Assembly: GCA_023433615.1 (NCBI GenBank)
Contig: JAEZCJ010000120.1
Location: 8,357 to 72,356 of the forward strand
Direction: 5' to 3'
DNA length: 64,000 bases
Origin: Bacillota bacterium
GTDB lineage: Bacteria; Bacillota; Bacilli; Paenibacillales; Paenibacillaceae
The position numbers were made by a program, and so were the translations under genes. Shown piece after piece: positions 51,676-60,767 of the stretch. Position 1 is the stretch's first letter; each line of letters starts with the position of its first letter. A model generated the notes under the pieces. The model saw only the letters and a list, made by a program, of their open reading frames with translations. It had not been told where the DNA came from and did no database searches.

Positions 51676-51989
51676 TGGCGTGGATTTCTTTAATCTTAGC
51701 AGGTCTGTGCGAGATGTGTGGCGTTGCTATGATCAATAAATTGCACAAAGACCGTAATTGGTTATCATTTATTTTTTTACTTCTTGGATTTGGTGCAAGT
51801 TTTATTTTCCTTGCTTATGCTATGGAAACACTCCCAATGGGCACGGCTTATGCAATCTGGACAGGAATCGGCGCGTCTGGAGGGGCGATAATAGGCATGA
51901 TCTATTATGGTGAATCTAGAGACCGGAGACGGCTTGTTTTCATTGGGTTGGTTTTAGGCGCTTCGGTAGGTCTGAAACTTGTATCTTAA
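51675..51989 (+). CDS. ykkD: SMR-family guanidinium exporter subunit (YkkD/Gdx)
   Basis: 104 aa. WISLILAGLCEMCGVAMIN and METLPMGTAYAIWTGIGASGGA match B. subtilis YkkD. Its start overlaps the ykkC stop (TAATG). Confidence 0.9.
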   Translation: MAWISLILAGLCEMCGVAMINKLHKDRNWLSFIFLLLGFGASFIFLAYAMETLPMGTAYAIWTGIGASGGAIIGMIYYGESRDRRRLVFIGLVLGASVGLKLVS

Positions 51990-52093
51990 AAGCGATTATG
52001 AATATTGCAAGAAGAAGACAATCTGTATTATGAAACTCGATTCACGTTTATGTTATATTGATGACAATCAAAGAGGCTGAGGAGGATACAAGT

Positions 52094-52576
52094 ATGATAA
52101 GCGAATCCGATTTGAAGCATCTGCGACGGTGTGTTGAACTGGCAGCAACTGCACTGGAGAAAGGCGATGAGCCATTTGGTTCAGTGCTTGTCTCAGCCAA
52201 CGGAGAAGTGCTTGCAGAAGACCATAACCACGTTGCGGGCGGCGACCATACTCAACACCCGGAATTTGCATTGGCACGATGGGCAGCCGGTAACATGACA
52301 CCGGAAGAAAGAAGCAAAGCGACAGTATATACCTCAGGCGAGCATTGCCCTATGTGCGCTGCGGCCCACGGTTGGGTTGGCTTAGGGCGCATCGTGTATG
52401 CAAGTTCATCTGAGCAGTTGGTACAGTGGCTGAAAGAAATGGGGGGGGCGCCATCGCGCGTTCGAAATCTTCCCATTCAAGATGTGATTCGTGATACGAC
52501 AATTGATGGCCCTGTCGACGAACTAGCACAGCAAGTTCGTCAACTCCACATTCAGTCTCACGCTAGGAAACGTTGA
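52094..52576 (+). CDS. CMP/dCMP-type zinc deaminase (nucleoside/guanine deaminase-like)
   Basis: Zn-binding motifs HPE (TQHPEFAL) and PCxxC (HCPMCAAAHGW). ATG 52094 lies 9 nt after GGAGG. The ORF opens at 52058. Confidence 0.8.
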   Translation: MISESDLKHLRRCVELAATALEKGDEPFGSVLVSANGEVLAEDHNHVAGGDHTQHPEFALARWAAGNMTPEERSKATVYTSGEHCPMCAAAHGWVGLGRIVYASSSEQLVQWLKEMGGAPSRVRNLPIQDVIRDTTIDGPVDELAQQVRQLHIQSHARKR

Positions 52577-52710
52577 ACATAGAAGCTGTACGGGGTTCGC
52601 AGGCGAATCGAATCTTTCAGGAATCGCAGGCACTCCCCTGCATATTTCGGCAGATCGAGACTCATCCTATGGGTTGGTTGGACAACCTAGTACAGGAGGA
52701 GTATGAACGG

Positions 52711-53853
52711 ATGATCTGGTTACGGTTGAGACGGATTGGTCGCACGGCCTTAGTGATCAGTCTTTCGACAGTGTTGATTGCGGGCTGCGGCGGGAACGTC
52801 GGCAATAACGGAAACAACGGGAATAACGCGAATGACATGAATGGTAATGGCATGAACCAGAACAATAATGCGGGATCCGGCCAAGGGCTGCATCAGCAGA
52901 TGGATCATTCGCGGCACGGGCAGCAGAGTCTGAACGGGACCGACGGACGTTATGGCATACAAGCGGCAGGCAACGGCGGCACACGCAACGAGGCCGGACA
53001 AGCCGTCGTCCCGCTGGAGAAGATGAACGGCAAGTTGTACGCGGATGTCGAGAAAATGGCGGGGTTAATCGGCTTCCAGACCGTATACTCTGACAATAAG
53101 CGAGTACTCATGATCGGCGATCATGACCCGATCATGACCTTCACGGCGGACTCGGCAGAAGCGAAGAAGGAAGAAGGCTCGATCGCGATGAAATCGCCTG
53201 CCCTCATGAGGGACGGACGGATTCTCGTGCCTGCGGATGCGCTCCAGCGGCTATTCGGCGGTGAAGCCGTGTTCACCGTGGATGACAGCGAGGTGGCGAT
53301 ATTCCCGCAGCCGCAGCAAGAAGATCCGCAGGCGGAAGGCGGCGCGGATTTTGGCGACGATCCGGCGGATCCAGCCGCAGGGGCAGCTGAAGCGGAGGCG
53401 GCTTGGGTCGATGACCGACAGCAGACGCTTCAAGAGGATGGCGCCGTTCCGGCAGTCGCGAATGCCTCCGCACTGATCCGCGATGCGCGCCGATTCCTAG
53501 GCGTGCCGTATAAATTCGGAGCGGGTCCTTACAGCCGGACCAAGCGGTTCGATTGTTCCTCGTTCACGCGGTATCTGTTCGCCAAACGCGGCGTCACGCT
53601 TCCTCGCACGGCAAGAGCCCAAGCGACCAAAGGCGTGTTCGTGCCTCGCGACAAGCTCCGCGTCGGCGATCTCATGTACTTCTATGTGCCTGGCCGCTTC
53701 AAGAGCAACAAGAAGGTCGGACACGTCGGCATCTACATGGGCAATCGGAAAATGATCCACTCCAGCCCGCTGCCGAAGGACGGCGTACAGATCACGAACA
53801 TCGACAAGCCATATTGGAAACGCACCTATCTCTACTCGAAGCGAGTCGGCTGA
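52711..53853 (+). CDS. Lipoprotein with a copper-amine-oxidase-N-like (stalk) domain and a C-terminal NlpC/P60 peptidase
   Basis: Signal peptide/lipobox LSTVLIAGC, then an N/G-rich linker. NlpC/P60 motifs FLGVPYKFGAGP...FDCSSFTRYLF (Cys) and GHVGIYMGNRKMIHS (His). ATG 52711 follows GGAGGAG. The ORF opens at 52573. Confidence 0.85.
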   Translation: MIWLRLRRIGRTALVISLSTVLIAGCGGNVGNNGNNGNNANDMNGNGMNQNNNAGSGQGLHQQMDHSRHGQQSLNGTDGRYGIQAAGNGGTRNEAGQAVVPLEKMNGKLYADVEKMAGLIGFQTVYSDNKRVLMIGDHDPIMTFTADSAEAKKEEGSIAMKSPALMRDGRILVPADALQRLFGGEAVFTVDDSEVAIFPQPQQEDPQAEGGADFGDDPADPAAGAAEAEAAWVDDRQQTLQEDGAVPAVANASALIRDARRFLGVPYKFGAGPYSRTKRFDCSSFTRYLFAKRGVTLPRTARAQATKGVFVPRDKLRVGDLMYFYVPGRFKSNKKVGHVGIYMGNRKMIHSSPLPKDGVQITNIDKPYWKRTYLYSKRVG

Positions 53854-53865
53854 TGATGGACAACA

Positions 53866-53900
53866 AAGCGCTCCTCCGCAGGTCATGCGGAGGAGCGCTT
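53866..53900. terminator. Bidirectional terminator between convergent NlpC/P60 and HD-GYP genes
   Basis: Perfect 14-bp stem AAGCGCTCCTCCGC (53866-53879) / GCGGAGGAGCGCTT (53887-53900). Confidence 0.75.
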
Positions 53901-53932
53901 ATCCATTGCGAGGCTCTGGGCTCAATGATCGG

Positions 53933-54976
53933 TTAGACCGCGATCTCGACGATCTCGACCTCCGAGTGGCGCGCCAGGTCGACGAAATCATCGTCGATCC
54001 GGACGAGCGGGCGGAAGAAATCGCTCGGATTCGTCATGACGATTGTGCCGCTGTTGCCATTCGACAGCGTCGCGCGCTTGCCGATGAAGTTCGGCAGCAT
54101 CTGACGGATGAACGTATGCGTAATCACCGGATCCAGCTTGTTGAAGCTCTGTTCGTACAGCTCCTTCAACACGTGCAGCAGATCCCGCTTCTCCCGGTAT
54201 ACGCGGGTAGAGATCATCGCGCTGTACGTATCCGCTACCGCCACGATTCGCGCCGCCACGTGGATATGCGGCGAACGGATTCCGTAAGGATAGCCGGACC
54301 CGTCCAAGCGTTCATGGTGCTGCAGGACGGCCTTAGCCAACAGCTCGTCTTGGAACGATTGCTGGATTATGTCGAAGCCGTGAATCGGGTGCTGCTTGAT
54401 CTCGCGGAATTCTTCTTCCGTTAATTCGCCGGGTTTATTGAGAATGTCGCTTTCGATTCGGCACTTGCCGATGTCGTGCAGGTAGCCTGCCTTGCCGATA
54501 TGGCGCGCTTCTTCCTCGCTGCGTCCCGTCCATAAGGCAATATAGTAGGACAGCATGCCGACCTGGACCGAATGCTGATACGTGTATTCGTCCTTCGTGC
54601 CCAGCACGAGCAAGAGCGATACGACGTCGTGCTCTTCGCGGAAGTTCGAGACGAGCGGTCGGAATGACTCGTTCACGTCTTCGTCGCGAAGGCGGCCATC
54701 TCGGATTGCTTGGCTGAACAATTGCTCGAATCCGCTTACAGCCGATTGGAACAGCGGGTTCAGCTTTATCGATGTCGGGTAGCCAGGCGCCTGAGCATCG
54801 CTCTCGGCAGACGGATGGGCTATATCGATATAATCGACCTGATGCTGGAATAGCCTGGAGATATCGTGGTCCTTCAGAATCGTGCCTGCAGACAGGACAT
54901 GCAGTCCATATGAATTGAATATATCGCTGCTAACGATGTCTCCGGCTTTCAGTTCCATTACGTGAACGCGCATCAA
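53933..54976 (-). CDS. HD-GYP domain protein (predicted c-di-GMP phosphodiesterase)
   Basis: Motifs GYLHDIGKCRI and LQHHERLDGSGYPYG are intact. It has N- and C-terminal accessory regions like those of the paralog at 59606. Confidence 0.88.
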   Translation of the reverse strand: MMRVHVMELKAGDIVSSDIFNSYGLHVLSAGTILKDHDISRLFQHQVDYIDIAHPSAESDAQAPGYPTSIKLNPLFQSAVSGFEQLFSQAIRDGRLRDEDVNESFRPLVSNFREEHDVVSLLLVLGTKDEYTYQHSVQVGMLSYYIALWTGRSEEEARHIGKAGYLHDIGKCRIESDILNKPGELTEEEFREIKQHPIHGFDIIQQSFQDELLAKAVLQHHERLDGSGYPYGIRSPHIHVAARIVAVADTYSAMISTRVYREKRDLLHVLKELYEQSFNKLDPVITHTFIRQMLPNFIGKRATLSNGNSGTIVMTNPSDFFRPLVRIDDDFVDLARHSEVEIVEIAV

Positions 54977-55042
54977 GCATCCCCCTGGAAGGTTTTCTCA
55001 TACTGCCATGTTATCAACAAACGCCGGACTTGGCAATGACGG

Positions 55043-56083
55043 CTACGGCGCCATGATCCGCGCGTAGACGCGGCGCGCGAGCTCGATATCTTCCGTGCCT
55101 TGCACGAGGACTCGGCCATCCGGAAATAGAATGAGCAAGAGCCCTTCTTCGAGCGAGAGACGCAAGACATACGGGTTAAGCTCCACCTTCCCGACCGGGG
55201 CTAGACGCGCGGCGAGCTCCGGCAGATGCAGCCGATGAACGGCTGCGGGACGCAGCTGGACCGTGAGACGTCCGCAGAGCGTCGCGGCATCCGATTGGTC
55301 AGGGGCGATGTCCAAGAAGTCGTAACGGCCTAATCCGCATGCGGGACACGAGCCGCGCTTGCCGCCGGCAAGACCGAGCTTCGTGAAGCGGGTATCCCAG
55401 ATATCAAGCTGCAGCAATCCGCCATGGAGCCGGTCGTGGCGCCCTGCCAGCCATTTCATGGCCTCGATCGCCTGCAGCGATCCGACGATATCGACGAGCG
55501 GGGAGAGGACGCCCGCCGATTCGCAAGTGTCGGTCGTGCCCGGCGGCGCCGGCTCGGGAAACATGCAGCGGTAGCATGGCGTCACGCCAGGCAGAATCGT
55601 CATCGTCATCCCGCCGGAACCGACGGCTCCGCCGTACACCCAAGGAATGCGATGCTTGACCGCATAATCGTTCACCAGGTACCGGGTACCGAAATTGTCC
55701 GTGCCGTCCACGATAATGTCGGAATCGGCCAGCAGACGATCGGCGTTCGAGGCGGAGAGCTCTTCGGCGAACGCTTCGATGACGATGCCGCTGTTAATCG
55801 CGCGCAATCTGGCAGCAGCGGCTTCGGCTTTGGGCAGCGTGCCCAGCGCGTCTTCCTCGGTGTAAAGCACTTGACGCTGCAGGTTCGACCATTCGACGAT
55901 ATCCCGGTCGATCAGCTTGACGCGGCCGACGCCGGAACGTACGAGATGCTGCGCGATGACGCAGCCCAGCGCTCCCATTCCGACGACCGCGGCGGTCGAC
56001 TGCAGCAGGCCGGCTTGTCCGCTCTCTCCCATTGGAGCGAAGCGGATCTGCCGGGCATAGCGATTCATGTCGGAATTAGCCAT
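55043..56083 (-). CDS. moeB: ThiF/MoeB-family adenylyltransferase (molybdopterin-synthase adenylyltransferase)
   Basis: RYARQIRF, the nucleotide loop VVGMGALGC, and Zn cysteines CYRC ... CPAC. ATG 56083 follows GGAGG. The ORF opens at 56344, overlapping moaDE. Assigned to Moco by context. Confidence 0.85.
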   Translation of the reverse strand: MANSDMNRYARQIRFAPMGESGQAGLLQSTAAVVGMGALGCVIAQHLVRSGVGRVKLIDRDIVEWSNLQRQVLYTEEDALGTLPKAEAAAARLRAINSGIVIEAFAEELSASNADRLLADSDIIVDGTDNFGTRYLVNDYAVKHRIPWVYGGAVGSGGMTMTILPGVTPCYRCMFPEPAPPGTTDTCESAGVLSPLVDIVGSLQAIEAMKWLAGRHDRLHGGLLQLDIWDTRFTKLGLAGGKRGSCPACGLGRYDFLDIAPDQSDAATLCGRLTVQLRPAAVHRLHLPELAARLAPVGKVELNPYVLRLSLEEGLLLILFPDGRVLVQGTEDIELARRVYARIMAP

Positions 56084-56103
56084 CCCTGATTCCTCCGTTC
56101 CTT

Positions 56104-56844
56104 CTATGTCGCGGGAGGTGCCGTCGGATCCCAAGGTCCGAGCTGATGCCCTTTCCATTCCGAACCGTCTTCCCATATTTCCTTCTTCCAGATCGGCACG
56201 ATCTGCTTCAGGCGCTCGATCGCGTATCGGCTCGCCTCGTAGCAGGCATCCCTTCGCGGCGCGGACACAGCAATGACGACGCTGGCTTCCGCGATCTCGA
56301 CCGTTCCGATGCGGTGGGCGATGGCAACGAGCGTGCCGGGCCATCGGCTCTCGATCTCGTCGCCGATCTGCTTCATCGTCTTCAGTGCCATCGGGGCGTA
56401 CGCCTCGTACTCAAGCTTGACCGTCCGCTTCCCGTCCGTCCATTCGCGCGTCGTACCGACGAAGGCGAGCGCTGCGCCGTTGTTCGGCGCGATCACGCGT
56501 GCCGTCACGTCGGCGGGTTCAAGCGGTCCGGCCGTCAAGACGTAACGATCGCCGTACGGATTGCCGGCAGGCGGCTGCGTGCCGATGTCTTCGCCTCCCG
56601 ATACGGGCGGCAGCATCGCCAGCTCTTCGCCGGATCGAATGACTTGGTCATCCGGCGCGTATTGCTCCTGGCAAGCGACGAAGGATACGCGCAGCAGCTC
56701 GCGGTGTTCCGGATACCGCTCCGCGAGCAGCGATTTGAGCTCCGCTACCGTCATCGCGTCGGTCTCGACGGTAACGGTAACGGCAGGCGAGCCGATACGC
56801 TCCGCCAGACCGGCAAACAACTGAATTGTCCAATGTATAGTCAT
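56104..56844 (-). CDS. Fused molybdopterin synthase: MoaD (sulfur carrier, ends ...PPVSGG) + MoaE (catalytic subunit)
   Basis: The N-terminal about 84 aa is ubiquitin-like and ends in GG (nt 56593-56598). A linker EDIGTQPPAGNPYG is followed by MoaE-like sequence (GAALAFVGTTREWT, WKKEIWEDGSEW). The start is ATG 56844 or GTG 56859. Confidence 0.85.
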   Translation of the reverse strand: MTIHWTIQLFAGLAERIGSPAVTVTVETDAMTVAELKSLLAERYPEHRELLRVSFVACQEQYAPDDQVIRSGEELAMLPPVSGGEDIGTQPPAGNPYGDRYVLTAGPLEPADVTARVIAPNNGAALAFVGTTREWTDGKRTVKLEYEAYAPMALKTMKQIGDEIESRWPGTLVAIAHRIGTVEIAEASVVIAVSAPRRDACYEASRYAIERLKQIVPIWKKEIWEDGSEWKGHQLGPWDPTAPPAT

Positions 56845-56985
56845 GGTAGAATACCTCACATAACGATAGAATCCATCTGTTCTAGCATACCATAATTAAT
56901 GGAAAAGTGTTAAACTAGAAGGAACGCACACGCGGAGTCGGCAATCGGTGATTACACGGGTGCAAGACGACAAGACAAGGAGCGG

Positions 56986-57996
56986 ATGACGATGGAGTCG
57001 CTACTGCTGGATCGTTACAAGCGCGTTCATAATTATCTCCGGATATCGGTCACGGACCGCTGCAATCTCAGATGCTTGTACTGCATGCCGGAGGAGGGCG
57101 TTACTTTCGCCGAGCCATCCAGCCTTATGTCTTATGACGAGATCGTGGATGTCGTTCAGACAGCCGCCAAGCTCGGAATCCGGAAGCTGCGGATTACGGG
57201 AGGAGAACCGCTTGTCAGGCCCAAGCTCGACGAACTGATCGTCCGGCTGGCTGACATACCGGGCATCGACGACATTGCCATTACGACGAACGGCCTGCTG
57301 CTGGCCTCGCAGGCGGAGGCCTTGAAGCGGGCAGGCGTTACGCGGGTCAATATCAGCTTGGATACGCTGGACCCTGCGCGATTCCGGATGATCGCTCGCA
57401 GAGGCGATCTTCGCAGAGTATTCGAAGGGATCGAAGCTGCCGCTGCCGTCGGGTTCTCGCCGATCAAGCTCAATTGCGTCCTGCTGAAAGGCATTAACGA
57501 GGATGAGATTCCGTCATTCCTGAAGATGGCCTACGAGCAGCCGCTGCATATTCGCTTCATCGAATACATGCCGATCGGCCACGCCGACGAGAATTGGAAG
57601 AAGCACTACCTGCCGCTTGCCCGCGTACTCGAGATTGCCGGCGAGCTCGGCTACGACTTGTCGCGGCGCGAAGATATCCGGGGCAACGGACCGTCGGACG
57701 ATTGGCATATGGCCGGAGGCGTCGGTACATTCGGGCTGATCCATCCGGTGAGCAATCACTTCTGCGAGAGCTGCAATCGGCTGCGCTTGACGGCAGACGG
57801 CCATTTGAAGCCTTGCCTGTACTGGGTCGACGAACTGAACGTACGGCCGGCCGTCGGCGACGAGCAAGCGATGAAGGACCTGTTCTATCGCGCCATGGCG
57901 TTGAAGCCGGAGAATCACGAGATGGCGGCCAAGCTGGAGAACGAAGCGCAGAGCCACCAGCCGACCGAGCGCCGCATGTCGCAGATCGGCGGATAA
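56986..57996 (+). CDS. moaA: GTP 3',8-cyclase MoaA (radical SAM)
   Basis: YLRISVTDRCNLRCLYCMP radical-SAM cluster, a C-terminal second cluster CESCNRLRLTADGHLKPCL, and the GG tail. The start is ATG 56986 or ATG 56992, and the latter has better RBS spacing. Confidence 0.92.
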   Translation: MTMESLLLDRYKRVHNYLRISVTDRCNLRCLYCMPEEGVTFAEPSSLMSYDEIVDVVQTAAKLGIRKLRITGGEPLVRPKLDELIVRLADIPGIDDIAITTNGLLLASQAEALKRAGVTRVNISLDTLDPARFRMIARRGDLRRVFEGIEAAAAVGFSPIKLNCVLLKGINEDEIPSFLKMAYEQPLHIRFIEYMPIGHADENWKKHYLPLARVLEIAGELGYDLSRREDIRGNGPSDDWHMAGGVGTFGLIHPVSNHFCESCNRLRLTADGHLKPCLYWVDELNVRPAVGDEQAMKDLFYRAMALKPENHEMAAKLENEAQSHQPTERRMSQIGG

Positions 57997-58026
57997 CGGC
58001 CTGTATTCATTGCGCAGTAGGAGGTC

Positions 58027-59493
58027 ATGATGGCGAATCATAATCGTGCGGGAGCTGCCCGCGTGCTGCTCCTGCACACGAACGATGTGCATAGCCGACT
58101 GGAGCAAGCGGCCCGCATCGCGACCTATATCGAATCGGAACGTCTGGCGCTAGGGAACGACGATCGGCTGCTGCTGCTCGATGTTGGCGACCATATGGAC
58201 CGCATGCGGATCGAGACCGAAGGCAGCGACGGCATCGTGAATATCAGGCTGATGAACGATGCGGGCTATGATGCCGTGACGCTGGGGAATAATGAGGGGC
58301 TTACTTGTACGGACAGCATGCTGGAGCGTGCTTACGGACAGGAGGCCCGTTTTTCCGTCTTATGTGCCAATATGGTTCGGACCGATACCGGCTCGAGGCC
58401 GTCGTGGTTGCAGCCGGACAAGATCATCGTGAAGGGCGGCCTGCGATTCGGCATTATCGGCGTTACGGCTGCATTCGCGGATTTCTATTCGAATCTGGGC
58501 TGGGAGGCAAGCGATCCGATTGCAGCCGTCGCGCAGCGGGCAGCTCTGCTGCGGCCGAATGCGGACGTCGTCGTCGTGCTGTCGCATCTGGGACTCCAGC
58601 TCGACAAGCGAATGGCAGAAGAGGTCGGCGATATCGATCTGATATTGGGGGGACACACCCATCATCTGCTGGAGGAGCCTTTAGTGTTGAACGGTACGTC
58701 CATTTGCGCGGCGGGCAAGTTCGGCGAATACGTCGGACGCGTCGAGATCGGCTGGGACGAGACCTCGGCGATGCCGATCGTTCACGCAGCTTGCGTGCCG
58801 ATGGCCGCATTCCCGGAGCAGGAAGAAGCTTCTTCGGTTATCGGAAGCTTCCGAGTAGCGGCCATGAGCCGCTTAAGCCGGATCGTCGCGCATCTAGCTG
58901 TGCCGCTTCCGCTCTCGACCGAACGGGAATCGGCGCTGGCGAATCTGCTGGCGGCCGGCATTCGCAGGCATACGGACGCCGAGATCGGGCTCGTGAATGC
59001 AGGGCAGCTGCTTGCGGGCTTGCCTGCTGGAGCGGTCACCGAGGCGGCGCTTCATGCGCTGTGTCCCTCGCCGATCAATCCTTGCCGAATGATGCTGTCG
59101 GGCGGCAGCATTCGGCAAGCGCTGGAGGAATCGCTGCTGCAGGAATGGATCGACAAGGCGATACGCGGATACGGTTTTCGCGGGCTGGTGCTCGGTACAT
59201 TGGCCGTTGACGGCCTCGAAATTCACTATGAGCCGGAAGCGCCGGCCTATCGCAAGCTGAGGTCCGTCGTCGTGAACGGCAACCCGCTTGAGGATGAGCG
59301 CGAGTACGTTGTCGGTACGATCGATATGTTCACGTTCGGGGTCGGCTATGAGTCGATTAAGCTCGGCAGCGACATACGCTATTACTTGCCGGAATTCATA
59401 CGCGATGTGCTTGCAAGCGAATTGCGTCGGGCCGACATCGGCAAGGCCATTGCAGACGCCAGTACGGACCGCTGGCATACAGCGGCGCGATGA
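58027..59493 (+). CDS. Bifunctional metallophosphatase/5'-nucleotidase (YunD-like)
   Basis: LLLHTNDVHSRLE, DVGDHMD, GNNEG, and the GGHTHH metallophosphoesterase motifs. ATG 58027 and 58030 are adjacent alternative starts. Confidence 0.85.
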   Translation: MMANHNRAGAARVLLLHTNDVHSRLEQAARIATYIESERLALGNDDRLLLLDVGDHMDRMRIETEGSDGIVNIRLMNDAGYDAVTLGNNEGLTCTDSMLERAYGQEARFSVLCANMVRTDTGSRPSWLQPDKIIVKGGLRFGIIGVTAAFADFYSNLGWEASDPIAAVAQRAALLRPNADVVVVLSHLGLQLDKRMAEEVGDIDLILGGHTHHLLEEPLVLNGTSICAAGKFGEYVGRVEIGWDETSAMPIVHAACVPMAAFPEQEEASSVIGSFRVAAMSRLSRIVAHLAVPLPLSTERESALANLLAAGIRRHTDAEIGLVNAGQLLAGLPAGAVTEAALHALCPSPINPCRMMLSGGSIRQALEESLLQEWIDKAIRGYGFRGLVLGTLAVDGLEIHYEPEAPAYRKLRSVVVNGNPLEDEREYVVGTIDMFTFGVGYESIKLGSDIRYYLPEFIRDVLASELRRADIGKAIADASTDRWHTAAR

Positions 59494-59605
59494 CGATTTA
59501 TGTCGTAATAGATCGAATTCTGTCTTGCGCTTCGCGAAGAAATCACCTACCATATATAACATAACCGGATGTTCGACCTACAACTTAGAGCAAGATACGA
59601 TAGAA

Positions 59606-60742
59606 ATGGCGGTAGAGACCATGCGATTATTACCCATCACGAGCTGCATGCCTGGAATGAAGCTGGCTAAACGGATTTTTAGCGAAGATGGTCTCGTTCT
59701 GCTTGGCAAAGACGTTACGTTAACGGAAAAACTCATACGCAGGCTGGCGGAATGCGGGATCAACTATGTCTATATCGCCGATCAAATGACGGACGATGTG
59801 AAGATTCCGGAAACCTTCAGCGATGAGGTGCGAATTCAAGCGATCGGCGAGATCCGCGCGGCTTTTCGCGAGATGGTGGATTTGCCTCGCAAGAAGGGTA
59901 CGACCTATCCTTATGTCGATAAGAAATTCCGTCGGGTCATGAAGCTCGTGCTGGATGAATTGGGCAGTCATCGCGACGCGATGATCATGGTCATGAACAT
60001 GGGGATGGTCGACAATTACCTGTACCAGCATTCCCTTAACGTATGCATCTACACGACTTTGCTGGGCATGGCGCATGGTTATACGCAGGATCAGCTGTAT
60101 ATGCTAGGCCTAGGGGCCCTGCTGCATGATATCGGCAAGACACAGATTTCTTCGAAGGTGCTGCTCAAGCCCGGCGCGCTGACGAAGCAGGAATACGAAG
60201 AGATGAAGCGGCATGCCGAACTCGGATACGCGCTTCTCAAGGACGAACCGAACATTCCACTCATCGTCGCGCATTGTGCATATCAGCATCACGAGAGGCT
60301 CGACGGGAGCGGCTATCCGCGCGGCATTCGAGGAGACGACATCCACGATTATGCCAAGTGGATCGGGCTGGTCGATTCGTATGACGCAATGACCACGACG
60401 CGCGTGTACCGAGGGCCGATGCTGCCGCACCAAGCGATCGAGACGCTGTTCTGCGGAACGGGAACCTTGTACGAGCAGCACATGGTACAGACTTTCCGCG
60501 ACAGAGTCGCGATCTATCCGATCGGACTGACCGTGAAGCTGAATACGGGCGAGACGGGCATTGTCATCGACGTGAATGGCGCTTACGTTCATCGTCCGAC
60601 GGTACGCGTCCTCTATGACGAATTCGATGCCCCGCTTAAATCGCCCGTCGACAAGGATCTGTCCAAGCACCTCACGACGATGATCGTCGGCATCGAAGGC
60701 GATGATTCACCCGGCCCCGATACCGCGATGTTCGGATCCTAG
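59606..60742 (+). CDS. HD-GYP domain protein (predicted c-di-GMP phosphodiesterase), paralog of 53933-54976
   Basis: ALLHDIGKTQI and YQHHERLDGSGYPRG are intact. The start is ATG 59606 or ATG 59621 (MRLLPITSCMPGMKL, which aligns with the paralog N-termini). The ORF opens at 59288, overlapping the upstream gene. Confidence 0.88.
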   Translation: MAVETMRLLPITSCMPGMKLAKRIFSEDGLVLLGKDVTLTEKLIRRLAECGINYVYIADQMTDDVKIPETFSDEVRIQAIGEIRAAFREMVDLPRKKGTTYPYVDKKFRRVMKLVLDELGSHRDAMIMVMNMGMVDNYLYQHSLNVCIYTTLLGMAHGYTQDQLYMLGLGALLHDIGKTQISSKVLLKPGALTKQEYEEMKRHAELGYALLKDEPNIPLIVAHCAYQHHERLDGSGYPRGIRGDDIHDYAKWIGLVDSYDAMTTTRVYRGPMLPHQAIETLFCGTGTLYEQHMVQTFRDRVAIYPIGLTVKLNTGETGIVIDVNGAYVHRPTVRVLYDEFDAPLKSPVDKDLSKHLTTMIVGIEGDDSPGPDTAMFGS

Positions 60743-60767
60743 ATCTTTACAGGCCTATTGTTACTTG

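Noticed and set aside
56860-56985. A possible Moco (molybdenum cofactor) riboswitch in the moaA / moaDE divergent region.
   Set aside because: I cannot find the conserved Moco-motif blocks by eye, and the region is only 126 nt yet must also hold two promoters. A cmsearch with the Rfam Moco model would be decisive; a significant hit would overturn this rejection.
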